From the NCBI GenBank assembly GCA_963823035.1, contig CAWGKG010000017.1, forward strand, positions 192,001 through 256,000: a DNA stretch of 64,000 bases. The letters run 5' to 3'. The position numbers were made by a program, and so were the translations under genes. Of the stretch, positions 48,534 through 59,757 are shown in pieces. Source of the DNA: an uncultured Gemmatimonadales bacterium (GTDB lineage Bacteria > Gemmatimonadota > Gemmatimonadetes > Longimicrobiales > Gaopeijiaceae). The notes under the pieces were generated by a model that worked only from the letters and a program-made list of their open reading frames with translations, was not told the origin of the DNA and ran no database searches. Numbering within the stretch: position 1 is the stretch's first letter; every line of letters starts with the position of its first letter.

Positions 48534-48742
48534 ATGGAGAGGAATCCGTCGTGATCGAAGCGTTGCGTAGCCCGTCCCCACCCCGCCTTCCAGCAACCCC
48601 TTCTTCCCACACTGAACAGTAGTCACTCCGGCGTGGCAAATCACCGGGCAGGTGGCTTCCGACCCCGATGCAACCCCTGCGCCACCCGAGACACGAAGGA
48701 CGTACGTCTCGGCAACGTCCCTTCCGTGCGGAGGATCGGCTC

Positions 48743-49498
48743 ATGCGCTTTTTCGACCCTGCCCGCGTCGCGAGGGTGGCCCTGACGCGGAACCCGGCCC
48801 GCGGTGCAACCCTCCCGCTGCTCCTCGCGGCCCTGCTCCTCTGCGTCCTGTCGCCGCCCGTCGTCGGGCAGAGCTCCGATGCGGGCAGTGCGGAGCGCCC
48901 ACCCCTCCTGCCTCGAGCGCGCGAAGTGGCGCTGGCCCGAAGCGCGGCGCCGCCCGAAGTCTCCGATGCGGCCGCGGTGTTGGTTCTGGAACGAGGCAAG
49001 GGCTTCGTGTTGGCCGAGCCCGGCACGAACGGTGTGACGTGCCTGGTCGATCGCTCGTGGCCGCAAGCCATCGAGCCGCATTGCTACGACCCCGAGGGAA
49101 CGCGGACCATCCTGCCGATCCGCCTCCGGGAGATGGAATTGCGCGAAGCCGGCATGTCGAAGTCCGAGATCCAGGCGGACGTCGCGGAAGGCTTCCGGAC
49201 GGGCCGCTTCGTGGTTCCGTCCCGGCCGGCCGTCACGTGGATGATGTCGGCCGAGCAGGTTCTGGTCAGCGACGAGGGGAGACGCGTGGGTGCATGGAAG
49301 CCGCACCTGATGATCTACTTCCCCTTCCTGCAGCCGGCCGACCTCGGCCTCGGCGAGGCGCCGCCGCGCGACGGCCCCATGCTCTCCGATCCCGGACGAC
49401 CCACCGCCAACCTCGTGATCGTCATGCCGTCCTTCGTGCCCGTGCGTGGCCCGAACCGGGGCGCGGTGGGGTTGCCTGGCGCGTACATGCAACCGTAG
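48743..49498 (+). CDS. Conserved hypothetical secreted protein
   Basis: GGAGG RBS; signal peptide; ALARSAAPPEV...GTNGVTCLV...PHCY...WMMS...PHLMIYFP. Confidence 0.7.
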   Translation: MRFFDPARVARVALTRNPARGATLPLLLAALLLCVLSPPVVGQSSDAGSAERPPLLPRAREVALARSAAPPEVSDAAAVLVLERGKGFVLAEPGTNGVTCLVDRSWPQAIEPHCYDPEGTRTILPIRLREMELREAGMSKSEIQADVAEGFRTGRFVVPSRPAVTWMMSAEQVLVSDEGRRVGAWKPHLMIYFPFLQPADLGLGEAPPRDGPMLSDPGRPTANLVIVMPSFVPVRGPNRGAVGLPGAYMQP

Positions 49499-49570
49499 GG
49501 TCGCTTCAGGCACGAAGGTCGGGCCGGCCGCGACGGGGAAGTCACCACACCAGGGAACAGGAGCATCCGC

Positions 49571-49906
49571 ATGATGAAATGGCTCGCGTTGGGGACCGTC
49601 GTCCAGATCGCCATGGTCGTCGTCGGCCACCAGGTGACGCCGGTGGCGAACTTCTTCGGGCCGCTGGGCATGGCCATCTCGTTGGCCGCCGGACTGCTCT
49701 GGGCCAGGACGGGCGCCACCGACTACGCGAACGCTGCGGTGGGTGGAATGGTGATCGGAGGCGGCTGCGCCCTCGTCGGGATCCTCGTCTCCTACCTCCT
49801 CGGTGACGTCACTGCGATGATCCTGGCGCTGGGGACGATCTCGTCCGGCGTCACGGGAGCGTTGGGGGGGCTCCTGGGACGGCGCTTCGCTTCACGCCAT
49901 GGATGA
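49571..49906 (+). CDS. Small Gly-rich multi-TM membrane protein
   Basis: GGAG RBS; about 4 hydrophobic segments. Confidence 0.75.
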   Translation: MMKWLALGTVVQIAMVVVGHQVTPVANFFGPLGMAISLAAGLLWARTGATDYANAAVGGMVIGGGCALVGILVSYLLGDVTAMILALGTISSGVTGALGGLLGRRFASRHG

Positions 49907-50872
49907 AGGCGTACCGGTCTGCGAGGTGTGCGGCGACGAGGTCGGCCCCACAGAGGTCATGGTCGGACGCCGCCAGGGCCGTCTCGTTTGTCGGAGCGCC
50001 GATTGCCAGCTTCTGACCGCGCAGCTCGCCGGCATGCCCGCGGCGGCGCGCGCGTCCCACCTCGCCGCTCAGCGCGACCTCATCCTGGAGCGGAGGGAAC
50101 GGGAAGGCCAAGCCGTGCGGCACGCCGCCGCGATCGAGGAGGCGGAGGCCCGCGTCGACCAGCAGATCCTCGACGAGGTACGGCGGCGGACGAAACCGGA
50201 CGGACGGGTCGTCGCCCTGCCGATTCCCAGTGGCCGGACGGCCGTCGCCCCCATGCCGGTGGAACGGCGCGAACGGTACCGTAGGCATCTCGAGCGCACG
50301 ATCGAGGACGCCGTCCAGGCTTCCGGCGGTCGCGTGTCGCGAGACCGCGACCATGTCACACGCAAGCGGGCGATCGCGTCCGCCCGATTCCTCGACGAGC
50401 GGCCCACGCTGAGAGCGAGATGTGGTCAGGCCTGCGAGCTGTGCAAGGGAGGGTGCTGCTCCACCGGCGGCGAGCACGCGTTCATCTCGACCGTCACGAT
50501 CCGACGCCTGATGGACGCGGACCCGTCTCTCGGCGGCGAGGAGATCCTCCGCACGTACCTGTCCCACGTTCCCGACCGGAGCATCGCCGGCGCCTGCGTC
50601 AACCAGACCGCCACGGGCTGCGCGCTGCCCCCGGCGTGGCGCTCCGACGCGTGCAACGCCTACTTCTGCGATGCGATCGAGGCGTTCCAGAAGGACTGGG
50701 ACGAAGCGACGCCGCCGGACGCCGTCCTCGTGATCCGGCGCGCGCACACCAACGGGAATCGGTTCGACGCGGCCACCCCCATCCGGTGGTGGAGGTGGCC
50801 TGGCTGGACGGGGACGGGGTGCGTCCGCTGGTGCCGCTCGTGCACTCGAGCGCGACCGGCCTGCCGTCTTGA
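49899..50872 (+). CDS. Cys-cluster protein (YkgJ/FliB-like Zn or Fe-S binding) with N-terminal CxxC...CxxxxC; frameshift near 50780
   Basis: CEVC...CRSADC; CGQACELCKGGCC...CVNQTATGCALP...RSDACNAYFC. Confidence 0.65.
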
Positions 50873-50876
50873 AGGA

Positions 50877-51017
50877 CTACCGCTCATCCTCCGGCGATCC
50901 CGCCGTACCGGTCGGCCGCGCGCGTCGCTTCGACAACACCTTGCGGAAGCTCCAGATCGTCCCGGTCCAGACGACGCCGAGCGACAGCATCATCGTCATC
51001 CATCCACCCGCGTTCAT
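50877..51017 (-). CDS. MetS-like small subunit of NSS transporter (46 aa)
   Basis: [30 protein letters not shown]...; GGAGG RBS; ATGA overlap with transporter stop. Confidence 0.75.
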   Translation of the reverse strand: MNAGGWMTMMLSLGVVWTGTIWSFRKVLSKRRARPTGTAGSPEDER

Positions 51018-52628
51018 GCGACCTCCTCCCTGGCCATCGGGCTCCACGCTTCGCCGTCCTCGGGTCCGTCCCGCCGCATGCGGGCGGCGCCGGCGCGGAT
51101 GATCGCCAGCAGGAGCGTCAGCGTGACCACGATCGTGAGGATGGCGAGCCGCGAGCCGGTGGTGGTCCAGGCCGCCTGGATCGAGGCGCCCAGGTCCTGC
51201 ACGCAGAAGCCGATGAAGACGACGATCAGGTAGGCCGGCGCCACGTACTTCATGATGAAGCGGAAGACGGTGGGGATGCGGATCGACGCGCCCAGGTGGA
51301 TCTCCCGCCAGCCGCGATCGATGCCGAAGACCCAGCCGAACGCGATGATCTGCACGCCCGCCATCACGAAGATCAGGAACGTCCCCACCCAGAAGTCGAG
51401 CGTGCTCCAGAACGCGCCCCCCGCCGTGAACCAGAGGGTGAGCGCCGAGCCCGCGACGCCAGGCCGCGACGCCGAGCGTCGCCCGCCCGTGGGTGAGGCC
51501 CAGGGCCTCCTTGAGCAGGGCGACGGCGGGCTGGTACATCGACAGCGAGCTGGTGATCGCCGCCAGGAAGAGCATCAGGAACCAGGTGGCCCCGATGAGG
51601 TTGCCGAACGGCCCCATGTGGGCGAACACGATGGGCAGCGTGGTGAAGCCGAGGCTGAAGGAGCCGTGCGACGACCGCCGCGGTGGTGCCGGAGAGGCCG
51701 AGGAAGATGAAGGCGGCGGTGAGGGTGATCATGCCGCCGAAGCCGACCTCGAAGAGCTCGTTGGTGGCGGCGGCGGTGAGCCCCGAGAGCGCCACGTCGT
51801 CGTCCGGCTTCATGTACGACGCGTAGTTGATGATGATGCCGAAGCCCACCGAGAGCGTGAAGAAGACCTGTCCCGCGGCGGCGAGCCACGTCTTGAAGTC
51901 GGCGAGCTTGGAGAAGTTCGGGTTCCACATGTAGCCGAGGCCGGCGAGCACGTTCTGCTCCGGAGCCGCGGGGTCCGGCGTGCCGAGGGTGAGGACGCGC
52001 ACGAGCACGACCAGAGCGCACACCGCCATGGCCGGCATCGCCCACGAGCAGAACTTCTCGATCCCCTTGGAGAGCCCGCGACGCACGAACCAGAGGTTCA
52101 CGCCGAACACGAAGACCCACGAGGTGACCGGGAGCCACATCCCGCCCGTGAAGAGCTGCCGTCCGCGCCCGCGCCGGTGAAGCGGTTGAAGAAGTCCCCG
52201 GCCGCGGCGGTCTGCGCGGCGATGGGCGTGGCCGCATCCACACCGATGCCGCCGGTCAGGTACTTCAGGAAGTAGCCGAACGTCCACGCCTCGATGAAGA
52301 CGTAGTAGAAGGAGACGCCCAGCGGGATCAGCACGCCGATCACGCCGAGGTAGCGCCCCCACGCCCCCCCACCGATCAGCCCCAGGATACCCGGCGCGGA
52401 GTGAAGCCCCTTCCGCCCGCCGTAGCGTCCCGTCGCCCACTCCGCCCAGCCGATGGGGATGCCGAGCAGGAGGAGCGCGGCGAAGTAGGGGATGAGGAAG
52501 GCCCCGCCCCCGTTCTGCGCCGCCTGTCCGGGGAAGCGCAGGAAGTTGCCGAGCCCCACGGCGGAGCCCGACACCGCGAGGATCACGCCGAGGCGGGTGC
52601 CCCACTGTTCCCGCTTGTCGTTGCTCAT
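51014..52628 (-). CDS. Sodium-dependent transporter, NSS/SNF family (frameshifted)
   Basis: [29 protein letters not shown]...[41 protein letters not shown]. Confidence 0.95.
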
Positions 52629-54031
52629 CCGTTCACACCCCGTGCGCCCGCGCGCACTCGAAGACGTTCGCGGACCCACCACACCGGCAGGCCCGAGAGA
52701 ATGAGGAGCGCACCCGCACCCGTGAGGGCGGGCTCATGGATCACGCTGTTGGCGAGCATGAGGAGGCTCGCCAGGAGGAAGAGGATCGGGGTCACCGGAT
52801 AGCCCCAGGTCCGATAGGGCCGCGGCGCGTCGGGCTCGCGCCGACGCAGGACGAACACGGCGAGGACCGCGCCGGCGTAGAAGGGCCAGATTCCCAGGAT
52901 GAACGCGTCGGCGAGCTGCTCGAACGAGCGGAACGTCACGTACACGATGCCGAGCCCGGCGGCGAGCGCGATCGCCACGTGGGGCGTGCCGTAGCGCGGG
53001 TGCACGGCGGCGACGCGGCGAAAGAAGAGGCCGTCGTCGGCCATGGCCCAGAAGATCCGGGGCCCGGTCATGGTCGAGCCGTTCAGGGCCCCGAACGCCG
53101 AGAGCATGACCATGGCCGCCACCACCGCCCCTCCCGCGCGGCCCATCACCCGCGAGGCCGCGTCGGCGGCCACGAGCCGGGAGGCGGCGATCTCCGGCAG
53201 CCGGAGGGTGACGTAGTAGCCCGCGATCACCGCCAGGTAGATCGCCGCGATGAGCGCGGTGCCGAGCAGGAGGGCACGGGGGAGCGCCCGGCCCGGGTCC
53301 CGCACCTCGCCCGCCATGAACGTGAGGTCGGCCCAGCCGTCGTAGGCCCACATGACGCCCACCAGCGCGAGGCCGAATCCGCCCCAGGTGGAGGGCGCGA
53401 GGGCCATCGGTCCGTGGAAGGCGCCTCGCGTCGCGTCGGCGAGCAGGAGCGCCGCCGCGGTGAGCGCGACCAGGGCGAGCACCTTGGCCCCGGTGGTCAC
53501 GTTCTGGATCAGGGCCGCGGCACGCACCGACCGATAGTTGGCCGCGCCGAGCAGAACGATGAGCAACGCCGCCACCCCATGCGTTCCCGCCTCGCCGAGC
53601 GGGACGAAGGTGGCGGCGTAGTCGGCGAAGATGAGGGCGATGGCCCCGAGCGCCGCCGGCCGGATGACCAGAAGCTGCGTCCACCCGAACAGGAAAGCCG
53701 GCAGGGGGCCGAACGCCTGGCGCAGATAGACGTAGATGCCCCCGGAGCGCGGGTCCATGCCCGCCAGCTCGGCGAGCGTGAGCGCACCACAGAAGGCCAG
53801 CACCGCCCCGAGCACCCAGAGCGCGAGGCTGGCGCCGAGCGTGCCGACCAGCGACACGACCGTGCTGGGCACGCGGAAGATCCCGCTGCCGATGGTCGAG
53901 CCGACGAGGACGGCCGCCGCACTGACGGTCCCGAGGCGGCGCGGCAGCCCGCCCGCGGAGCTCCCGGCATCGTGTCCGGAGGCGGCGTCGGCCGCCTCCG
54001 GAACGAGGGTCGGCACCTGCCGTTCCGTCAC
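52625..54031 (-). CDS. APC superfamily amino acid permease (LAT-like)
   Basis: [14 protein letters not shown]...[41 protein letters not shown]. Confidence 0.95.
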   Translation of the reverse strand: MTERQVPTLVPEAADAASGHDAGSSAGGLPRRLGTVSAAAVLVGSTIGSGIFRVPSTVVSLVGTLGASLALWVLGAVLAFCGALTLAELAGMDPRSGGIYVYLRQAFGPLPAFLFGWTQLLVIRPAALGAIALIFADYAATFVPLGEAGTHGVAALLIVLLGAANYRSVRAAALIQNVTTGAKVLALVALTAAALLLADATRGAFHGPMALAPSTWGGFGLALVGVMWAYDGWADLTFMAGEVRDPGRALPRALLLGTALIAAIYLAVIAGYYVTLRLPEIAASRLVAADAASRVMGRAGGAVVAAMVMLSAFGALNGSTMTGPRIFWAMADDGLFFRRVAAVHPRYGTPHVAIALAAGLGIVYVTFRSFEQLADAFILGIWPFYAGAVLAVFVLRRREPDAPRPYRTWGYPVTPILFLLASLLMLANSVIHEPALTGAGALLILSGLPVWWVRERLRVRAGARGVNG

Positions 54032-54144
54032 GCGGTACGGCCAGGCCCAACGGGGCCGCGCGGGCCCTTCGAACGACCTGCCCAAACCACCAGGCCGACG
54101 AACACCGCGCAAAGGACCAGAGCGAAGATCGCACCTGGCGTCAT
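54028..54144 (-). CDS. 38-aa single-TM protein [38 protein letters not shown]
   Basis: GGGGAG RBS; its TGA overlaps the GTG start of the permease (GTGA); clear hydrophobic helix followed by basic residues. Confidence 0.6.
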   Translation of the reverse strand: MTPGAIFALVLCAVFVGLVVWAGRSKGPRGPVGPGRTA

Positions 54145-54266
54145 GGGAGCACTCCCCGAAAGCCGCCGCGATCGAGCCGCGGCGTGGTCCGAAATGGCGA
54201 CGCGCGCGGCGTGCGCGCGCCGTCCGTCACGCCCTGACTGCGGGAGCGTGGCGAATGGAGCCCGGA

Positions 54267-54683
54267 TCAGACCGTGGTGGTGGGGGGTGCGGTGGTCGGA
54301 GCGGAGAGGCGACCGGCTCGCTCGGCGAGCCGGCGGGAGGGCAGCGCGTCCTGGAGCGGCCCCCGTCGCGGTGGGGTCGAGAACGGAGCGCGCGTGGCGT
54401 CGCCGGTGGAGACCGTCGCGGCGGGGGCGTACCGGCAGCCGACCCGGAACCGGTGCTTCTCGGGCAGGGTCGACGAGAAGAGAGAGGCGTCGGCTGTGAC
54501 CAGCTGTGCCTCCAGGGGCGCGTCGGCCACCACCGTGGATGCCGCCCCGATGCTCGCTCGCTCGCTCCGGACCGGCATCACCGTCTCCGGACGCAGGCGC
54601 AGCCCGGGCATGAAAAAGCCCACCATGACCAGGATGGCCAGGGCGGGGCTTCCAACGGCGCGGATCAACCGATGCTGCGGCAT
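54267..54683 (-). CDS. Hypothetical exported low-complexity protein ending ...RLSAPTTAPPTTTV
   Basis: AGGAG RBS; N-terminal hydrophobic segment; Ala/Pro/Arg-rich remainder. Confidence 0.5.
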   Translation of the reverse strand: MPQHRLIRAVGSPALAILVMVGFFMPGLRLRPETVMPVRSERASIGAASTVVADAPLEAQLVTADASLFSSTLPEKHRFRVGCRYAPAATVSTGDATRAPFSTPPRRGPLQDALPSRRLAERAGRLSAPTTAPPTTTV

Positions 54684-54813
54684 GAGGCTCCTGGGGCCGG
54701 AGGGAGCCGGCCCCGGTGAATCATGAGCCAAGCCATCGGGGAGAGCAATCCCCGGGGGGCGCCCCGGTGCGCGGACCCTTGCCCCTCGGCCGGCACGCCG
54801 GCAAATCCCCGCG

Positions 54814-56247
54814 ATGACCCTGCTCATCTGGACCGGTTTCGTCGCCGGCATCCTCGGCCTCCTCGCCCTCGACCTGGGCGTGCTCCACCGCCGCCCCCAC
54901 GAGATCTCCGCCGTCGAAGCCCTGGGCTGGACGGCCTTCTGGGTCGCGTTGGCCATGGCGTTCAACGTGCTCGTGTTCTGGCTCTACGAAAACAACTGGA
55001 TCGGTGCGGGCCTCGCGTTCTCCGAGGACATCGACGGGCGAACCGCGGCGCTGGAGTTCCTCACGGGCTTCCTGCTCGAGAAGTCGCTCAGCCTCGACAA
55101 CATCTTCGTCATCGCGCTCATCTTCAGCTATTTCCGGGTGCCGCTGGCGCTGCAGCACCGAGTGCTCTTCTGGGGCGTTGTCGGGGCGCTGGCGCTCCGG
55201 GGCGTCATGATCGCCGCAGGTTCGGCGCTGCTGCACAACTTCGCGTGGATGAACTACGTGTTCGGAGCCTTCCTGCTCGTCACCGCCGCGCGGATGCTGG
55301 TCGTACGCCACGACAACCTGGCCCCCGAGGAGAACCTCGTCGTCCGCGTGGCGCGACGGTGGATCCCGGTGACGGCGGAACTCGACGGTGCCCGGTTCTT
55401 CACGATGCGGGACGGCGCCCGCGTCGCGACGCCCCTCCTCCTCGTCCTCCTCCTGGTCGAGACCACGGATGTGATGTTCGCCGTCGACTCCATCCCGGCG
55501 ATCTTCGCCGTCACCGAGGAGACGTTCATCGTCTACACCTCCAACGTCTTCGCCATCCTCGGGCTGAGGAGCCTCTACTTCGCGCTCGCCCCCATGCTGG
55601 CGAAGTTCCGCTTTCTGAAGACGAGCCTCGTGTTCGTGCTCGCCTACGTCGGGATCAAGATGCTCCTGGCCCACACGTACCCGATCCCTGCGGTGGTTTC
55701 CCTCGCCATGGTCGGCGGCATCCTGGGTGTGGGCGTGCTCGCGTCGGTGATCGGCAACGAGCGCGATACGGCGGTGCTCCGACCTCCCCTCACGGCAACT
55801 CAGCTTACACCCGCCACACTCGACGTGGCCTGGAAGGCCGCCATCCTGGCGGTGGGTGGGACCGTGCTGGCCGTGGGCACAGCGATGATCGTGCTGCCGG
55901 GACCGGCCCTCGTCGTGATCCCCCTGGGCGTCGCCATCCTGGCTACGCAGTTCCTGTGGGCCCGACGCCTGCTCGTCCGGGTGCGCCGACAGATCCACGA
56001 GGGCGTCGAACACGCCCGCGAGGACCTGCGCAGACTCCGGCGTCGCCCGGGGCCGGAGCGGGAAGAATCCCGGGGAGCTTCCCCCACGGAACGGACCGGA
56101 TCCATGATTCCGCCGGTCAGATGCACTGATTCCATGGGTTTGACGAATTTCGAAACGATGCCCTTCCGGTCTGGTGCCGCGCATGCGGCGCGGGGGCCTT
56201 ACGTGGATCGGGGAGCTGTGTGCTGCGGCCGCACCACCGCCCGCTGA
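54814..56247 (+). CDS. TerC/Alx family membrane protein with C-terminal PGPGW-like domain (3' end uncertain)
   Basis: LLALDLG, EKSLSLDNIFV, QHRVLFWG, VETTDVMFAVDSIPAIFAVT, SNVFAILGLRSLYF; then GTAMIVLPGPALVVIPLGVAILATQFLWA. Confidence 0.93.
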   Translation: MTLLIWTGFVAGILGLLALDLGVLHRRPHEISAVEALGWTAFWVALAMAFNVLVFWLYENNWIGAGLAFSEDIDGRTAALEFLTGFLLEKSLSLDNIFVIALIFSYFRVPLALQHRVLFWGVVGALALRGVMIAAGSALLHNFAWMNYVFGAFLLVTAARMLVVRHDNLAPEENLVVRVARRWIPVTAELDGARFFTMRDGARVATPLLLVLLLVETTDVMFAVDSIPAIFAVTEETFIVYTSNVFAILGLRSLYFALAPMLAKFRFLKTSLVFVLAYVGIKMLLAHTYPIPAVVSLAMVGGILGVGVLASVIGNERDTAVLRPPLTATQLTPATLDVAWKAAILAVGGTVLAVGTAMIVLPGPALVVIPLGVAILATQFLWARRLLVRVRRQIHEGVEHAREDLRRLRRRPGPEREESRGASPTERTGSMIPPVRCTDSMGLTNFETMPFRSGAAHAARGPYVDRGAVCCGRTTAR

Positions 56248-56274
56248 GCGGTCGCCAGGGGACCTGGCGCCACG

Positions 56275-58309
56275 ATGCACGCCCTCGCCTCGTCCCTCCT
56301 GCTGGCCGCCTTCGCGGCCGCGCCTACGCTGCCACAGTCGTCCGACGCCTACCTTCCAGGTGCGTGCCGTGCGAACCGACGAGCCCCCGGACGTCGACGG
56401 GGTGCTGGAGGCAGAGGAGTGGGAGGGCGCGGACGCGGTGTAGGGCTTCATCCAGTATCAGCCGGTGCGTGGGCGTCCTCGCCCCACCGCACGGAGGTGC
56501 GGGTCCTCTACGACGCCGCGCGCCTGTACGTCTCGATGCGCGCCTGGGACGACGAGCCCGTCACGGCGCAACTTACGCGCCGCGACGCGGACCTGGCGCA
56601 GGACGACTTCTTCGCCCTCGTGCTGGACACGTATCTCGACCACCAGTCGGGATACCTGTTCGCCGTGAATCCCCTGGGGACGCAGTCCGACTCCCGACTG
56701 GCCGGAGATGGCCGCACGGAGGAGAAGTCCTGGGACGCACCCTGGTCGTCGGCCACCCGCATCCTGGACGACGGCTGGTCGGCGGAGATGGCCATCCCGT
56801 TCTCCTCCATCCGCTTCCGCCCCGGCGCGGACGCACCTGGGGCGTGAACTTCGGCCGCGGACGACGGCGCACCCTGGAGATGTCCTTCTGGAGCGGCCCC
56901 CTGGAGAACGCGCTCCGGGTGTCCCAGGCCGGCGTGATGACCGGGTTCGACTGCCGCGGGCGTCGCGGCGCATCCAGGGGATCGTCTACGGGCTGTCCGG
57001 CGCGCAGGAAGGGGAAGCCCCGTTCTGGGACGCGGGGCTGGACCTGAACTGGGCGGTGAACTCCAGCACCTCCCTGGTGGGGACCGTGAACCCCGACTTC
57101 GCCACCATCGAGGCGGATCGGGAGCAGGTGAACCTCACCCGCTTTGAGTTGGGGCTCACCGAGAAGCGGCCGTTCTTCCTGGAGGGTTCGGAGCTGTTCC
57201 GCCAGCGCATCCAGACGTTCTACTCCCGGCGCATCGCCGACATCCGGGCGGGTGGCCGACTGGTGGGCAAACGGGGGCCCTGGACCTTCGCGTTCCTGGG
57301 CGCCGACGCCCAGGCAGGCGACGCGGCCGGCGAGCTGCGGATCCGCGCTACGCCGTGGGGCGCGTCCAGCGCGATCTGGGCCGGTCCAGCGTAGGCGCCA
57401 CCTGGGCGGAACGGAGGGTGGACGGCGCCGGACAGGGGTCGGCGGGGGTGGACGCGACCCTCTTCTTCACGCCCACCTTCGGGTTCACCGGGCAGGCGGT
57501 GCAGAGCTACGGAGCGTACGACGAGGGCACGTGGGCGTACTTCCTGCGTCCCTCGTACGACTCCCCCACGGGCCACGCCCACGTCCGCTTCAGCTACTAC
57601 GGGGAACGGTTCGGCGACAACGTCAACGCAGTGGGCTTCGTGCGGGACGACAACCGGCGGGAGTTGGACTCGGCGCTGGAGAAGACCGTCTGGTTCGAGA
57701 CCGGCTTCGTGGAGCAGGTGGAGTACGGATCCAACTACAACGTCTACTGGGGGCAGGACGGCACCCTGCGGGACTGGAGCGTGGACCAGAGCCTGGAGCT
57801 TCGAACTCCGCAACCGGTGGTCCTTCGCCGCGAGCCACAACGTGGAGTTCGCGCGCTTCGAGAAGGACTTCCGCAACCGCGCCACGGAAATCGAGCTGGG
57901 CTACAACACCCGGGAGTTCAGCTCGGTGGGGGTGGGCGCGGAATTCGGCCGCAACTTCGATGCCGACTTCCACCTCCTCACCGCGTCGGGGAAGTCTGAA
58001 GCCGACGCCGGCGTCGTCGCTGGAATACCAGCTGGAGCGGCTGGTCCTGGACCCGGACCCCGAGCACGAGAGCACGTGGATCCACGTGGTGCGCGCCAGC
58101 CAGTTCTTCACCAACGGACCTGTACCTCCAGCTCTTCTACCAGACCAACTCGGTCATCGACCGGCCGCAACGTCCAGGCGGTCTTCGTCTACCGCTACGC
58201 GCCACCCTTCGGCACCATCCAGGTGGCGTTCCAGAGGGGGACCGCGGCCCGCGGAGAGGCGTCGGACCAGGGGAACACCCTGTTCCTCAAGGTGACGCGG
58301 GTCTTCTAG
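56275..58309 (+). CDS. CBM9-like/DUF5916 domain exported protein (many frameshifts)
   Basis: PDVDGVLE..EW; TEVRVLYD; LDTYLD...FAVNPLG; GWSAEMAIPFSSIRF; WGVNF; TVNPDFATIEAD...EKRPFFLEG; FYSRRI; C-terminal LFLKVTRVF. Confidence 0.85.
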
Positions 58310-58319
58310 CGGTTTTAGC

Positions 58320-59627
58320 TCACCTCGCCCTGCGCGCCTCCAGCGCGTCGCTCACGGCCTTCACGGTTGCCGCGGGCACGCCGGTGCTGCGCGCGTAGTC
58401 GGGCCACCGGGCCAGCACGTCTCCGACCTCCGCGAGGATGTGGGCGGGCGCCCGGATCCCGAACGCGCGCCCGACGCCGAGGAGGTCCTCCCGGGTGATG
58501 CCGGCGCGCTTGTCCGCAAGTCTCATCTGGTGGGCGGGCCGTGTACCCGCTCCCGACGGCGAAGGTGACGTCGTAGGCCGGCGTGAGTCTCCATCGCCCC
58601 TCGGGATTCATGTGAAAGGAGAGGTTCTTCACATGGTCGTCCTGGTTGCGAGCCACGACGTTGAAGACCGCACGACGGTACCCCTCATTCACCGCCGCCT
58701 GCGGCATTCCCAGGAAGAGGACGGTCCTGAGGTACTCCTCGTACGAACTAGCGCCCGGCTCGTTGTAGTCCACGTGGAGCAGCCCGCCCAGGGTGTGCTG
58801 GTGGAGGCGTCCACCGGGCACGCCTTCGGCCCCGAGGTCGAAGCGGGCGATGAGGAGGTGACAGTAGCCTCCGTCCGTCTCCAACATGGTGAGCTCGGCC
58901 ATGTGCACGCCCGCATCGCGGGCCATGTGGGCGTACGCCGCCTCGACCCGGTTGTACGGGCTGTGGCCGTCCCATCTCGCCGGGCGGTGCGTCGGGACCC
59001 ACCCCGTCGAACTTGAGGATCGCTTGCACTGCCCCGGCCCGTGGCGGGGCGAAAGCCGAATGCACGGAGCCGTCTGCCGGGCTCGTGTATGCACCACGGC
59101 CTTGGGCCGCATTCCTCCCGCCGACGAGCCGATGCGGTAGATCTCCGGTACGGCAACGGTGGGCTTCCCGCCTTGGACGATGGCGCGGGCGTCGGCTACC
59201 AGGCGGGCGAGGTCCAGGGCCTCTTCTTCGGCGGACGCCAGCCTGCCGCGCCTCGGCTGGGTGGAAGGTGGAGTGCGCCCACGGCACGCTCGCCCACGTA
59301 CAGGAGGTGCTGCACGGGAGACAGCGACCTCTCGCTCCTGGCCACGGGCTGTGTAGTAAGCCCGGATGACCTGACGCCCGAAGGCGTCCGGCAGAGCGTC
59401 GGCTAGTAACCCAGGCAGCCCCTGAAAGGACTCCTTGCGCCGGAGCTCGTCGAAGCTGACTGGCCCGGTGAGGCGTCAGCGGAAGATTGCGCGGCGAGAT
59501 CTCCAGTCCGGATCGGCGGAAGGCCGGATCGTACTCGAAGACGACGCGGCCGGCCTCATCCTCGGTGACCGCACCCACGGTGCGCCCCCAGAGGCGCACC
59601 TCGGCGAGGGCGAAGCGACTCAGCCAC
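58320..59627 (-). CDS. hipA: HipA family Ser/Thr kinase toxin (frameshifted)
   Basis: VRLWGRTVG...FEYDPAF...ISP (couple_hipA N-terminus); LADALPDAFG; GSSAGGMRPKA; ILKFDG; RFD; FNVVARNQDDHVKNLSF; LTPAYD. Confidence 0.9.
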
Positions 59628-59757
59628 CTCCCTCCTCCCTGCGGCGGCGCTTCAGCAGTGTCATGGGGCTCACGGACGGCTCCGGAATGAAGGACTCCAG
59701 GGCAGAGGGTAGACGGAGCATGCGGATGATGGTGAGCAGGGTGGGGTTCTGGCCCGG
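59620..59757 (-). pseudogene. 5'-truncated HipB-like HTH antitoxin remnant
   Basis: Reads PGQNPTLLTIIRMLRLPSALESFIPEPSVSPMTLLKRRRREEGGG-stop and overlaps the hipA start; there is no room for the N-terminal HTH before the upstream gene's stop at 59768. Confidence 0.6.

Noticed and set aside
54723..54813. yybP-ykoY Mn riboswitch upstream of terC
   Set aside because: Only a loose GGGGAG...GACC resemblance; the conserved core could not be identified by eye. An Rfam/Infernal scan would decide.
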